Assembly (NCBI GenBank): GCA_903813345.2
Contig: CAIIXF020000001.1
Location: 24,986,001-25,050,000 of the forward strand
Source: Owenia fusiformis
Lineage: Eukaryota
Direction of reading: 5' to 3'
DNA length: 64,000 nt
Both the position numbers and the translations under genes were made by a program. Under the pieces are notes generated by a model. The model searched no databases. It saw nothing but the letters and a program-made list of their open reading frames with translations, and was not told the origin of the DNA. Shown piece after piece: positions 27,155 through 41,113 of this stretch; within the stretch, counting starts at the first letter, position 1, and the number at the start of each line of letters is the position of its first letter.

Positions 27155-30100
27155 CTAACGTAACATAGCTGCAAACACTCCAGCAATTACGCATGTCATC
27201 GATGCAACAGTAGCGGTTGCCATGTTGTCCTTGGTTTCCTCTCCGCCCTCGAAACCACCACCGAATACAGCGTCTGTATCAGGCTGACCAAGTATTCTTC
27301 CCACAAATACTATCGAGCCGCTAGATTTTTCTCTTACGAAGAACATAAATGGGTGGTCGGCCTTGAACGCCACTGGAAACTGGACTGATGTCAGACTGAC
27401 CTCTGCTCCAGTACTTGCCGCAGCCTCTGTACCTACAGATAAAGTAATTGTACTTGTAACCTGGTAACGGTCTTGCGAATAAAGATACTAGAACACTTTC
27501 AAAAAGTGTATGCTAGGCAGGGATTCAGAAAATAAATATTTACAAAAGGCCCCGCGTTATCCTTAACCCCGTCAATGCAAACGGAAAATATTTAAGCGAT
27601 GCATTTGAAATATTTGCCTTTTTTTGTAGCATTGATAGGGTTCAACTAATATGACTATTTAATGTTTAAAAAATGCGGACTTTAAATGCGGAGTGGCATT
27701 CGAATATTATTTGAACAGTTCAACAAACCTGTTTAGGCTATTCGTTCTATCTACATCATACGAGGTCGTATACACAGAACCGTCGTCAAACACCGCAGAA
27801 TAAGTGACAGCTATATTGCTTGTTCAAACAATTAAAAATCTTACTGAATGACAAACGTTGAAAAAGAAAAGTTGCCACTGACATTGTTTTATCATTAGGG
27901 AGTTTAAGCTTGCATATAAAATCGAAACCGTTCACGTTTAGGTTGTGAAAAACATTGCAAGCTTAAACTCCCTAGTGTGAGGTCGTGTTCGTTTTTTTCG
28001 ATATACATGCATATACATGCAAGTAAATAAAAATTCAAACGTAAAGAGGCTTTAACACGTAGTTCAATGGAGAAAAAAGGTCGCCAAACTTATGGAGGGG
28101 AGTGTATTTAGCTTACCTTCTTCATTTACAATTACATAAGCTTTGTGGGCCAGCGCAGACACAAATAGATTTGCCCCCTCGCTGATACCATTCAGGTTTG
28201 CTTTTGTGTTGCTGAATAGGTCGGCCATCCCAAGTGCAGCCATATTAGATCGCAGATCAAACTTCTGAGCAATCTCAAATTTTGGAAGCGATACTTGGAC
28301 CAATTTTTCTTCAAAGTTAGCTGTGTCTACAAGTGTCTCCAAGGTTTCAATGTTCAATATTTTTTCAATATCTCCAAGTCCCATTTTCATGTCAGGTAGA
28401 ACTACATACATACTTAGGTCATCCCCTTCATATGGCAATTCAAGAACTTTCACCTTCAGCTCAGCATTTTCGTGAATTTGGAATTTCTTTTGCTGATTCA
28501 TGAAGTCCATTTGTATCCCATCTACGTCGTTATCAGATGTGTAGAATGATCCTTTTTTGGTGGCACCATCTACGAAGGGAGATTTCCACTTGCCTTTAAA
28601 GTACATTGCGTTGACGAGAACTAAAACAGTCATGGAAGTGATGGAGTCTTCAGGCATCAAATCCTCAATCTTCCCTTCCGTCCTCTCCTTGACCCATCCA
28701 TTGATCTTTTGCCTTGCAGCCTCGGCATCGGCGCGAAAATCAACTTCCTCCCACTTGGTAAAAAAGTAAAAATAATATAGAATAAAATGTTTAATATACT
28801 GCTAAATAAGTTGCATTAAGAGAGAATCGTAGAGAATATTTTTTCTTGTATAATAGGCAGTTATTTCTTTTATTATAACGGAAAAAAATATAATACGTAT
28901 TTTTAAGAATTATTTTTGATTTAATAATATTATTCGTGTATTATTTAAAGGGAACAACATATAATGCCAAATAAAATAGAATAATATTCCTGTCAGGAGC
29001 AAATAATATGTTGGCATTTGCAATCAAAAACCTATTATACGCGGTTATTTTCGAGCCGTTAATCCCTAATTATTCAATTCCTATGAAATGAGTTTCATTC
29101 ATACTGATAATTAATCTGTTTGTTAGGGTTAATCTCTACAGCTGATGGCTCTTAATTCCACAAAAATAATTTGCAAAATAAGTTTTTACATACATATTTG
29201 ATTGTATAATGTCCCTCATGTTATGATTAACATTGTGTTAAATTTTTGATTCAATCAATTAATTCATTGTAAAGTTAATTTTTGAATTTTTAATTAATTT
29301 GTTTTCCTCACATTTTAATCCATTGTTTCTCTGTCACATTAAGTTTATAGCAAACAACATTTAAATCGATCCCCTCTTACACAGGTACAAACAACCACCT
29401 GTATTCACTTTCCCAACCGGAAAAACAGTCATGACAGGGAACTGTTCAATATTCAATAAACACATTACGCATTGGCCAACAATTCTGTCAAAATCATGTA
29501 GTTTTTCACCATTCACATACATGTATTGACATTCCAGAGCAATATAATAAGTCAAACTTTAATCCCTAATTATTCAATTTCCATGATTTGAGTTTTGTTC
29601 ACAATGATAAATAATCTGTTTGTTTGAGTTAATGGATTAATATCCACAGCCAATGGTTCTAATTTCAACTGAAAAATAAATTGCAAATTAAGTTTTTCAT
29701 ATTTATTTGATTGTATAATGTCCCTTATGTTATGATTAACATTGTGTTAAAATTTGGATTTAATTGATTGACTCAACGGAAAGTTAATTTTTAATCAATG
29801 GGTTTCCTCACAATTTAACTCAATTGTTTTTCTGTCAAATTAAGTTTACAACAAACAACACTTAAAGCCCCCTCTTATACAGACACAAACACCTTTAATC
29901 ATTTCACAAACACCACAAAACATTTAAGACACGAAACTGCTATATATCAAAACATTACGAATTTGGTATAGGTCCATGGCCAGGGAGGGGGGGGGGGTTC
30001 AAGTAAATCCCCCCTTGCCAAAATTCTTTCAAAATCTTACATTTTTTACCAATCTGAGCACTGTTAAGTGATTTCGGGCCAAAATGATCAAGTGTGACCC

Positions 30101-32572
30101 CTTGGTTTGTTTTGAAAATTGATCCCCTGGGCTAAAACTTATTCCGAGCCTGTATTATATTGGATGTACATGTATTGCTCCGATTTCTTCTGGCAAATCG
30201 CTGATGATAAATAAGAAAGGTACATTAGGCTAGGTTAACTGATACAAGTGGTGTTAAGCCATGCTAAAACAAAATTAAAACGTGTATTCTCTCACATTTC
30301 ACAATTCATGCATTTTCTGTTATCCATATATCTGAGATATAAACTGGGGATATAAACAACAGATTAGTCCATGATGTAATACATTTGTTTCTACTACAAT
30401 TGGACCATTTAAAGCTGGTTTTAATTAATTTATTGTTTTCCATTTTCAAATGTATATTCGGTATGTTTAGTTGTTTGATAATAAAAAATAAGAAGCGGGC
30501 ACATTTTATATTTATTCCTAATGTTTCATCTGACATAGCGATGATTACGCTTTGAGCAAATTGATGCATGGTAGAACAAACTGATGTAAATAACATGTTG
30601 ACATACAGGACATGTATGTCAGAGCAATATGATAAGTAAAACTTTAATCCCCAATTATTCAATTGTGTTTTGTTAACACTGAAAGCTAATCTGTTTGTTG
30701 GAAGCGATGGATTAATTTCCTACAACCAACTGTTCTAAGTTCCACAAAAAAATAATTTAAAAACCAAGTTTTTCATATTTATTTGATTCTATAATGTCCC
30801 TTATGTTATGATAAACATTGTGTTAAAATTTGGATTAAATTGATTGACTCAACGGAAAGTTAATTTTTAATCAATGGGTTTCCTCACATTTTTACTCCAT
30901 TGTTTCTCTGCCATATAAAGTTAACAACAAACAACATTTAAGCGCCACTCTTATACAGGCACAAACAACCACCCGTATTCACTCTGCCAACCACAAAAAT
31001 AGTCTTGACACAGAACTGCTCAAATTTTAGCTAAAAGCATTACGCATTTTATACAGGCCCGTGCCTAATGAGTAACGATCCCCTCCCCTTGGCCAACAAT
31101 TCTTTCAAAATCATGAAGAGTTTCACCATTCACATACATGTTCATGTATTGATGACAGAGCAATATAAGTAATACTTTTGTTCACTGATAACTAATCCGA
31201 TTGTTAGAGTTAATCCGTTTGTTAGAGTGAATGGATTAATATCTAGAGCCGATTGTTTTATTTTCCACAAAAATAATAATTTGCAAATTAAGTTTTTCAT
31301 ATTTGTTTTATTGTATAAAATCCCTCTTTCTATGATTAACATTGTGTTAAAATTTGGATTGAATCGATTAACTCATTGGAAAGTTAATTATTTGATTTTT
31401 AATTGATGACTTTTGCACATTTTTACTCCATTGTTAACATTAATTTAAAACAAGTTAAATTTCTTTCTTCTAAACATTTATTTGTAAATATTTTTCAAAT
31501 AGAAATAGAACAGTCAAAATAAAATATGTGTGACATGTGTAAGTAATAGAGATGAGAAGGCCAGTAGAACAGTTAATCCTACTAACTGCCATGCTGTGCA
31601 TTCTTTGTTTTGTTTGGTTAAGTAATTAACCAGATGGATTGTACATCAAGTTGGACGAGAATAATCGAGTATAATATTTTTTAGAACCCAAATAATACAA
31701 TATAATTTGATATATTCTGCTTAGATTGGAAAATACTAGAAAATAATATTTTTTAGAATAGAAAAAATCTAAATAGACTGCAATCATCAGTTTGGATTGA
31801 TAAATATGACCAAATAATATTTTAGAAAGACAGAATAAATATAAATTGGCGCAAATAATTCTAAAAAAAGAATATTATACCGGAAATAAAACATTCTGCT
31901 ACATTTTCTTATTGAGAAAATCGGATTTGGTAAATGTTTATATGTACAAATAATATATTTGGATCTCACTTATTTCTAATTATATTATATTAATATCTAT
32001 ATAATGTAGTATATTATGCTGATTATATTTTTTTCCTTCATAATATAATATAATAATTACAATACTGAATGGAAATACTGTATTATTACGCATCTTTTTA
32101 CACAAATATCCCAAAATAAAACATATTTTTATATATTATTTTATCGATTTCACCAAGTGTCCAGTTCTGCATCGAAGAAGGTATTGGTATCAGTAAGAAA
32201 GGATTCTTTGATGGTAAATTGCTGGTCACCAAATAATCTGTTTGCTGATTTCAGTGTATAGTTGTTGTTTCTATTGTATAATCTTTTATTCAGGTCTTGG
32301 AACGTTTCCCTAAAGTTCTCACCAATGTTTTCGTACCTCATCACCTGCTCTATCTGTGTCTTAGTATCACCATCAGCGCCCATATACAACATTGCCATGG
32401 CGGTTGAAATGCTCAGTGGTCCAAAGAACAAATTCCCATCCGTCTCTTCGTTTAGCTTATTGTAAAGATTAAGAGCGAATTCGTTGTTAGACGATCCGAG
32501 TTTTTGCATGCTGGACATTTGGGAATGTACCGCACATGCCATCCCAAGCAATACAACTAACTGCTTCATCAT
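27155..32572 (-). CDS. Secreted serpin with a C-terminal hydrophobic (GPI-signal-like) tail, about 440 aa; this allele is interrupted by a transposon
   Basis: 32572-32160 joined to 28748-28117 forms one exon once the insertion and one TSD copy are removed, then 27432-27155 (1323 nt, open). Signal peptide MMKQLVVLLGMACAVHS; motifs NLFFGPLSIS, LVNAMYFKGKW, LELPY, hinge EEGTEAAAST, FKADHPFMF. Confidence 0.9.
28752..32159. mobile_element. 3.4-kb non-autonomous DNA transposon (CAC...GTG termini, 3-bp TSD; CMC/CACTA/Chapaev-like) inserted in the serpin coding exon
   Basis: TCC|CACTTGGTAAAAAAG ... CGATTTCACCAAGTG|TCC. About 45-bp imperfect TIRs, AT-rich subterminal regions, four internal copies of a roughly 500-bp repeat (shared core near 29170, 29680, 30760, 31280), no ORF. 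Confidence 0.88.
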
Positions 32573-32769
32573 CGTAGAACGCGACTCTATAAAAAGGAGC
32601 GAAATGCAGTGATAATAATTGAATATGTTCTGTTTAATAACTTCATATATATGTTATCAGTGATTTCTAGATGGTATCCATGAAGACTCTCTTTAATTTT
32701 TTACTAATTTTAGTATTTTATTTTATTAACTCAATATCTACATAGTAGAAATACCAATCTTGTCGTGTC

Positions 32770-33171
32770 CACGCTCGATTACGCTAGTTACCGAAACGGT
32801 TCGTTTCGGTAACAAAATGTCGGAACGTCGAAGGTACGATTTTTCTTTTTTCCTCATTTCACACGCTGTAGGCAGAATCCCACGACATTTTTTCCCACAA
32901 ACGTGTATCAGTATCATATGTCTTAGAAAAAGTACATGTAGATAAACGGTATGGGTTAAAAGTACAGATCTTAACGGTTTTTCGAAATACCGTTTATGTA
33001 ACTTAAGTATGTGTATATCTTCTTAAACATATGATACTGATACACGTTTGTGATGAAAATGTCGTGAGAATTCTGCCTACAACGTGTGAAATAAGGAAAA
33101 AAGAAAAATCGTACCTTCGATGTTCCGACATTTTGTTACCGAAACCAGCGTAATCGAGTGGATCACCAGTG
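32770..33171. mobile_element. MITE copy with degenerate left end, same family as 60694-61080
   Basis: Inverted arms CGATTACG..TTTCGGTAACAAAATGTCGGAAC..; right terminus GATCACCAGTG. Confidence 0.8.
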
Positions 33172-36100
33172 TCTTAGCTCATTCTAACGGATAATTTATG
33201 TGGCTCATATGCATTGACCTAGGACAAGCTCTAAAGATATTTAACGTTCCTTAATAGTACAATGACGTCATTTCTAAGGGCAATATAGTGAAATATTGGA
33301 CCGAGGGCCGAATGCCCAAGTATTATTACCACCGTTAACGACCAGGACTGAAACAGCAAAAAAATCATACGCATTGAACGATATCTAATTTCCCGGGGAA
33401 AATTGCCGGTCCAGAATATATTCTAGACCGGTCCATATCCCTATTATATGACGTCACACATTTCTCAGGTCGATATAGTAAAATGAATGCCTTCTAAACT
33501 AGCACTAAAACCCCTAGAACTGGCCCGGCAAGGTGGTAATAATAGACTATAACCCCGATGCCCTGATACATGTATTTATTGTACACCCACGTTGTTCCAA
33601 GGGCATATCTATAGTATCCAATTAACTACAATCCGAATATGAAATATAAAAAAAATTAAAAAATAGCATAATTAAAAAATACCTTTTATTTCCTTGGTAT
33701 ATACAGTCCTTACCCGAGATATACGCACAGGTTCAACGTTTCCCTTTTAGTGACGCCTTGAATAATGTAGATCTGCGCTTCTCTATTGTGTACACATATA
33801 TACGGGTAGTTCAAAAAGTTCTACACATGAGCTTCTCAAAGGAAGTGCTTTTACAATTTTACTTAAAATTTTATATCGATAAATCATGACCTTTCTTACA
33901 TATATGAAGTTTATTTGACATGAGTATAGTTCTTCCTGAGATGATGTACATAAACTTTGAAAATTTGAGCACACGGCTCCCGCCATGGTCCATATTAAAG
34001 AGAGAATCAGATCTAGCGAGCAGGCCAACAAAAAATTGTTTCAATTTTAGAAAATTTCTGGCTCATGTCATTCCTTGTCATGTCTAATTTCTAAAAATCC
34101 CTAAAGTGCACACTTTATATCAGGAAAACTAAAGATTTTTACATTAAGGTGTTATTTTTCTATAAGAATGGTTACAATTCTTATTATTTGGGAGAATTGA
34201 AACATTTTTAACACATTTTTGAACTTTGAATCCATAATAACTTCACCAATTTATAACGTATCATGAGATATTGTATTTGAGATTGTAAAGAATAGATTAA
34301 TAGGTCAATTGTACATGTTGCTTGTAATTTCTTCACCCCTATAGATCTGATTCTGCCTTTAAATTGGATTAATTTTGTAAATCATTTACAATCTCTAAAT
34401 AGAATTTGTGTGTAACTGTTTTCCCATTCTTCATCATGCAGCGGTATCAATGTTTCCCGCTTTCGCTTAATTCTCCCTTTCGCGGTTCGCCCTTTGAATC
34501 AGAACGTTCGCAAATATGCACTCAAAAAGCACTCAAAAAGGACAACATTTGATTGGTCAATATTTTCCCACTATGCATTTCGCGTAGCTATTTGCGTGAC
34601 CCGAAAGTTCTAAATCAAACTAATTACGCAATTTTGTTTTTACACCCGCACGCTAAATAAAACAATGTCACCATCGCAAGTGTTCTTCTTTGTCATTGCT
34701 TTAATAGTCAGTATACCGAGTTTAATCAATAAAAAATTGAACAATGAACAACAAAATTCGGAAACGAGTACTATAGATTTGCTTTCGGACCACTGAACAG
34801 ATTGACCTAGATAATAGCGACGCGTCTTCTTTGGTCTACTGCTCAGTTGTTTGTGGGTTTTCAACGTAACTCTATAATGTAATTTGAAGATGAATACTTT
34901 TATTCAGTTGTTGCATCGATGTTGCAGTTTGTAGTGCGGTAAGATTGGCATGAACGTATTGAAAGTCGAATGGAATTGTTTTTTCCAATATGGCGACTAG
35001 TCAACTGATCACGTGACCTTTTCTTCCGAAATATTTTCTCACTTTTCAATTATCGTTTTCACCACGCCATGAATCAATACAATGAAAAAAATAGCTGTTA
35101 TATTAAGATTAATAAGAGATCAATAGTTTCTCATGATTTTTTCTGTACTCTCGTACAGGAATATGAACGAATATATCGATTGAAAAATAAGTGTGAAAAT
35201 CCCCATGTTAAACCTATGAGGGAAAACAAGGAAGTATAAATTTGTTCCTCCGCGAACTGCATCATGGGAAATATTTTGACCTTATAAGGAAAGATTTTTG
35301 CGTCTCCTCTTTTGAAGAGGGAACAACGATTTCGAGAATTATCGTCTTGTTTTGAGTCATATTCTCCAATAAATTATTGGAGACCCATCTATTGGAACTA
35401 TTTATAGAAAAATTGATAGCTTTGGGGCAACTCCCTGCAAAATATGAATAAGATTGGGTGAGTATTCTTAAAGTTAGCTATATTTGTGCAAAACTTATTG
35501 AATAGTACAAAATCACTTCATAGCTTTTAAATGACTTCATAAAGTAAAAAATAAATGAACACAAATGGTGAACCTGGATGACAAACATAGCTGAGACGAA
35601 GAACAAACAACATGTACAATGAGTGAAAGGAACACCTTTGAACAGATATCGCCTTGAGGAGTATATTGCAGGGTATATTGGTATAATCGGCCTCTTGGTG
35701 TACCATCTTTATTTATTTTTGATGGCAGAATGAAATAGATTTTGAACGAGTAGTGTGTTATCAAAGGGCATGTTGACTGTTGCCAAGGCGATATGAATAT
35801 CAATATGATAATCGCTTGATTTTAAAAAACATGGTCATCACTGAATTGAAAACATATATCAGTGTCAGTATCAGTCAGTATCAGTATTAATATATCGAAA
35901 ATCTAAAATGCTATTGTTTGTCTAAGGGCTTCAGGATAACGCTACATTATATACTGAGTTTGAAACTTCAGTCACATCACAAAATACGACGTACGACTAC
36001 CGTAGCAAATTTGACTGGTAAAGTATCTGACCGTAGAATTTCCACGGCAGCATGACATATATAGTGATTGATCGCATTCGTTTGTACTTGTCCTATAGTG

Positions 36101-36904
36101 ACATCTATGCTTTCTCGTTAACGTGATTCTAAAAATTGTATTAAGAAGAGTCAACTGGAAACAAGATATTTGTTTGGGATGAAGGATGTTGGTTTTACAG
36201 CACAGTTCATTCTTCACTAATCTATATGCAGAGAGACTCGTCGACATCATTAAGAACAACCCAGTTGCATAACAATACGAAGTTCGAGCAATTTGTATGA
36301 TTCACCAAACAGCCCACAACCCCTTATTAGTACCACTCTTCAAACGCAAATAGTATAATTATCACTATAACAATATTATCCTTAGTAACCACAATACCTA
36401 ACGATGAAACTACCAACATCATCAACTATTATCACTTTATTATTACCACCTTGTGGGGCCTGTTCTAAAGGTATTCATGCAAATTCATGAAATTATTGTT
36501 CTGTATCGCATGGCCAAAAATAACATAACTTGCTGACGGGCCATAATGGATATTAGGGAGGTTAAGCTCCATATATTTAGGAACTTGTACTTATATGTGT
36601 ATTATGACCTCATGGATAACTGTCCCCCTCTCATTTGGTTATTACAACTATTTTCTGTATACTGTATACTCAATCAGGCAATTAAAATAGTACGAAGAGA
36701 AAAATTTACCCATAGAGGACCATAATATCTATGCTACAAGTTCACCTCCCTAATATATTCCCCGTAAAATGAGAAATCGTTAAGTGCGTATGGTTTTCGT
36801 TCAATTCCTGCTATTTTAGCCCTGAGCATAAACGTTGGTGATAAAAGTAAAAGATTTCACAATTTGCCCTTTGAAATGATGTTATTGTTATATTGACTCC
36901 TTAC

Positions 36905-38715
36905 GACAACTCTACCAACACAATCCTTTATTACAACTCTGTTTACGCAATCCCCTATAACAAATCTACAAACTCACTCTAGTACCAAAGGACTAAATTA
37001 CCACTCTACCAACAGAATTCTTTATTACAACTCTGTTTACGCAATCCCCTATAACAAATCTATAATCTCATTCTAGTACCACAGGACTAAATTACCACTC
37101 TACCAACAGAATGCTCTATTACAACTCTGTTTACGCAATCCCCTGTTATGCAAATCTACAAACTCACTCTACCAACACAGGACTTAATAACCACTCTACC
37201 AACACAATACCTTATTAAACTCCGTTTACGCAATCCCCTATTACAAATCTACAAACTCACTCTACCAACGCAGGACTTAATTACCACTCCACCCACACAA
37301 TCCTTTATTACAACTCTATTTCCACAATCCCCTATTACAAATCTACAAACTCTCTCTACCAACACATGGCTTAATTACCACTCTACCAACACAATCCTTT
37401 ATTACAACTCTGTTTACACAATCCCCTATTACAAATCTACAAACTCACTCTACCAACACATGGCTTAATTACCACCCTACCAATACAATCCTTTATTACA
37501 ACTCAATTTACAAAATCCCCTATTACAAATCTACAAACTCACTCAAACAACACATGGCTTAATTACCACTCTACCAACACAATCCTTTATTACAACTCTA
37601 TTTACGCAATCCCCTATTACAAATCTACAAACTCACTCTACCAACACGGGACTTAATAACCACTCTACCAACACAATACCTTATTAAACTCTGTTTACGC
37701 AATCCCCTATTACAAATCTACAAACTCACTTTACTAACACAAGACTTAATTACCACTCTACCCACAGAATCCTTTAATACAACTCTGTTTACGCAATCCC
37801 CTATTACAAATCTACAAACTCACTCTACCAACGCAGGACTTAATTACCACTCTACCCACACAATCCTTTAATACAACTCTGTTTACGCAATCCCCTATTA
37901 CAAATCTACAAACTCAATCTACTAACACAGGACTTAATAACCACTCTACCAACACAATACCTTATTAAACTCTGTTTACGCAATCCCATATTACAAATCT
38001 ACAAACTCACTCTACCAACGCAGGACTTAATTACCACTCTACCCACACAATCCTTTATTACAACTCTATTTACACAATCCCCTATTACAAATCTACAAAC
38101 TCACTCTACCAATACATGGCTTAATTACCACTCTACCAACACAATCCTTTATTACAACTCTGTTTACGCAATCCCCTATTACAAATCTACAAACTCACTC
38201 TACCAACGCAGGACTTAATTACCACTCTACCCACACAATCCTTTATTACAACTCTATTTACACAATCCCCTATTACAAATCTACAAACTCACTCTACCAA
38301 CACATGGCTTAATTACCACTCTACCAACACAATCCTTTATTACAACTCTGTTTACGCAATCCCCTATTACAAATCTACAAACTCACTCTACCAACACAGG
38401 ACTTATAACCACTTTACCAACACAATACCTTATTAAACTCTGTTTACGCAATCCCCTATTACAAATCTACAAACTCAATCTACTAACACAGGACGTAATT
38501 ACCACTCTACCCACACAATCCTTTATTACACCTCTGTTTACGCAATCCCCTATTACAAATCTACAAACTCACTTTACTAACACAAGACTTAATTACCACT
38601 CTACCCACACAATCCCGCTTTATTACAACTCTGTTTACGCAATCCCCTACTATAACTCTACAAACTCACTCTTCCAACATAATACCTAATCATTACTACT
38701 CTGTTTACACAATCC
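36905..38715. repeat. 94-bp tandem repeat, about 18-19 copies
   Basis: Unit CCACTCTACCAACACAATCCTTTATTACAACTCTGTTTACGCAATCCCCTATTACAAATCTACAAACTCACTCTACCAACACAGGACTTAATTA; period checked at 37001 and 37095. Confidence 0.96.
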
Positions 38716-39240
38716 CTACAAACGTACTCTATAACAACACATATACCTGTTATTACTAAAACAATCCATTATTTATTACCACTCTACAAGCAAAATATCT
38801 TTTATATCACCACGATTAGGACTCTGCAAACAACATGAAATCATTATCACGCTCCCAAACACTATCCCTTACTATCACTATTCCACCACAATCTTTGTTG
38901 CACCTCTATCAAAACTATCCCTTATTACAATTTGACTAAAACAATCAATTTTCTTTTTTATATCATCATTTATTTTATTTTACATTCCAAGAATATAAAG
39001 TTAAATTAAAAATTCCTCGGTCACTTTGCTACGATGGCCGTGTCCAGTGCCCTCTAAAATACGGCCAATAGCACAAGGTCACTAATACTACTTTAACCGT
39101 ACGGGATATTTTGAATTTTTGTATACAGAAACCTGTTTAGATTTCGGGGAACTACGACCACCGTAACCTTGCCGTAGAGCAAATATGAATAAATCAATTT
39201 CATTACATTTTTTTAACAAAACTACCACTTTTTACAACCT

Positions 39241-39745
39241 CACACCGGAATAGCCTGACAACGGTAAAGTCAGATACCGTTGTCACAAGTGGCGGACATA
39301 ACCGTCGCTTCAATTAGATTTTCACGAACTTTTAATGGAGCACCTGCACTAAATTCCCTTCAAATCAATCAAAATGTCTTTATATTCATTGTACAGTTAA
39401 TTATGTTCTACCATCGAAATGAAGTCTTTAATTTAACCGATCAAAATGAGATACGGGACAACGGACACTGTATAACCATATGCCGCTGTCTTTGTAAATT
39501 ATTTCAAATTCAGATTCCGTTGTCATTGACGATATCGAAGACGCTATATTGTGGCGATTCACGACCCAATTTGATCGAAATTGGGATTTCATAATGATAC
39601 ATCATCACAAGAGCTTAGCACATGCACAGAATTAGCGATTATAAAATCCAATGAAATGAGGACAAGTGATTGTTGAAGCGACAGTTGTGTCCGCCATTTG
39701 TGACAACGGTATCTGACTATACCGTTGTCAGGCTTTTCCAGTGTG
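39241..39745. mobile_element. MITE with CAC...GTG ends, copy 1 (Transib-like)
   Basis: About 75-bp TIRs beginning CACACCGGAATAGCCTGACAACGG; flanks AACCT / AAACT (5 bp, one mismatch). Confidence 0.8.
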
Positions 39746-40110
39746 AAACTGAGCCACATTTATATTTTAAATACATTCGACAATTACATGGCTGAGAAGT
39801 ATCAGAATACAAGAAACAAATTTGTTAGCCAAATCACTAGGCCTATCCAAAATACACAAAAGCTAGGTTATAATATTGTATTGTGTATCTTTGATTGCTT
39901 ATTTATAGGTGTTTTTGACGCGCAACTGAAAATATATTTTGACTGTTGAATGAATCTGAGGAGTTTATCATGAATTCAGTTCATGTTAAGTGCAAAAACA
40001 CTTTTGAAACGTTTGATTAACTATGAGATAAGATTTAATTCTGGTATTGGCAAAATATTTATTTCGTCAACTGGCAAGTCTGATGTCACATTGCTCAATG
40101 CTGTCACAGT

Positions 40111-40613
40111 CACCCCGGAATAGCCTGACAACGGTAAAGTCAGATACCGTTGTCACAAATAGCGGACATAACCGTCGCTTCAATTAGATTTTCATGAAGT
40201 GTATGTTTAATAGAGCTCCTAGACTAAATTCCTTTGGAACAACAATCAATCAAAGTGTCTTAATACTCATTGTACAGTTAATAATGTTCTACCATCGAAA
40301 TAAAGTCTTTACTTTAACTGATCAAAATGAGATACGGGACAACGGACACTGTAATTACCATATGCCGTTGTCTTTCTAAATTACTCAACTTCATATTCCG
40401 TTGTCATTGACGATATCGAAGACGCTATATTGTGGCGATTCACGACCCAATTTGATCGAAATGGGATTAAGAGAGATTAATGCATGCACAGAATTAGCGA
40501 CGATAAATTCCCATGAAATGAGGACCAAGTGATTGAACAGTTGAAGCGACGGTTATGTCCGCCATTTGTGACAACGGTATCTGACTTTACCGTAGTCAGG
40601 CTGTTCCGGTGTG
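40111..40613. mobile_element. MITE with CAC...GTG ends and a 5-bp TSD, copy 2 (Transib-like)
   Basis: ACAGT|CACCCCGGAATAGCCTGAC ... GTCAGGCTGTTCCGGTGTG|ACAGT; colinear with 39241-39745. Confidence 0.85.
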
Positions 40614-41113
40614 ACAGTATCACATATCGTTCAGGCGCACGAATAAAGTTACGTGACTCATATAAATAACAATATTGCATGTATAAGGTATCAAAGTGAG
40701 GATATTAAAAACTTAGTCTCAGTCACATTTGCTCTCTGGCAGTCGTACGCGGCGGTCTTAGCTTCACAAAATCGATAAAGAAAATCTAATTGTACTGCTT
40801 ATCACCATTTTTATGCTGCATATTTCTCTCGATTTTGGAAACCTACGGCCGCCGTACGGTTGCCGGAGATCCAATGTGACTAGGGCATTACTCTTTCACT
40901 AAGCCTGAAGCTGGCGGTGGTGCCTATTTGTAACTAGTTTCTTTTTTATTTAAACCTTTTATCCCGAGTCGCATCAAACTATTTCTCTTTCTCAAACGTG
41001 TTGCCGAACGGGCTCACGCTGACCACGAAACGACTATATCATTTACTATTCTTATTTATCATATTTTATATGATATATAAGAAAATCTAATTTCTGCATC
41101 CATATTTTGAAAA

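Noticed and set aside
34985-35020. AATATGGCG plus TCACGTGAC promoter-like motifs
   Set aside because: No associated gene start can be identified, and such motifs are common within repeats.
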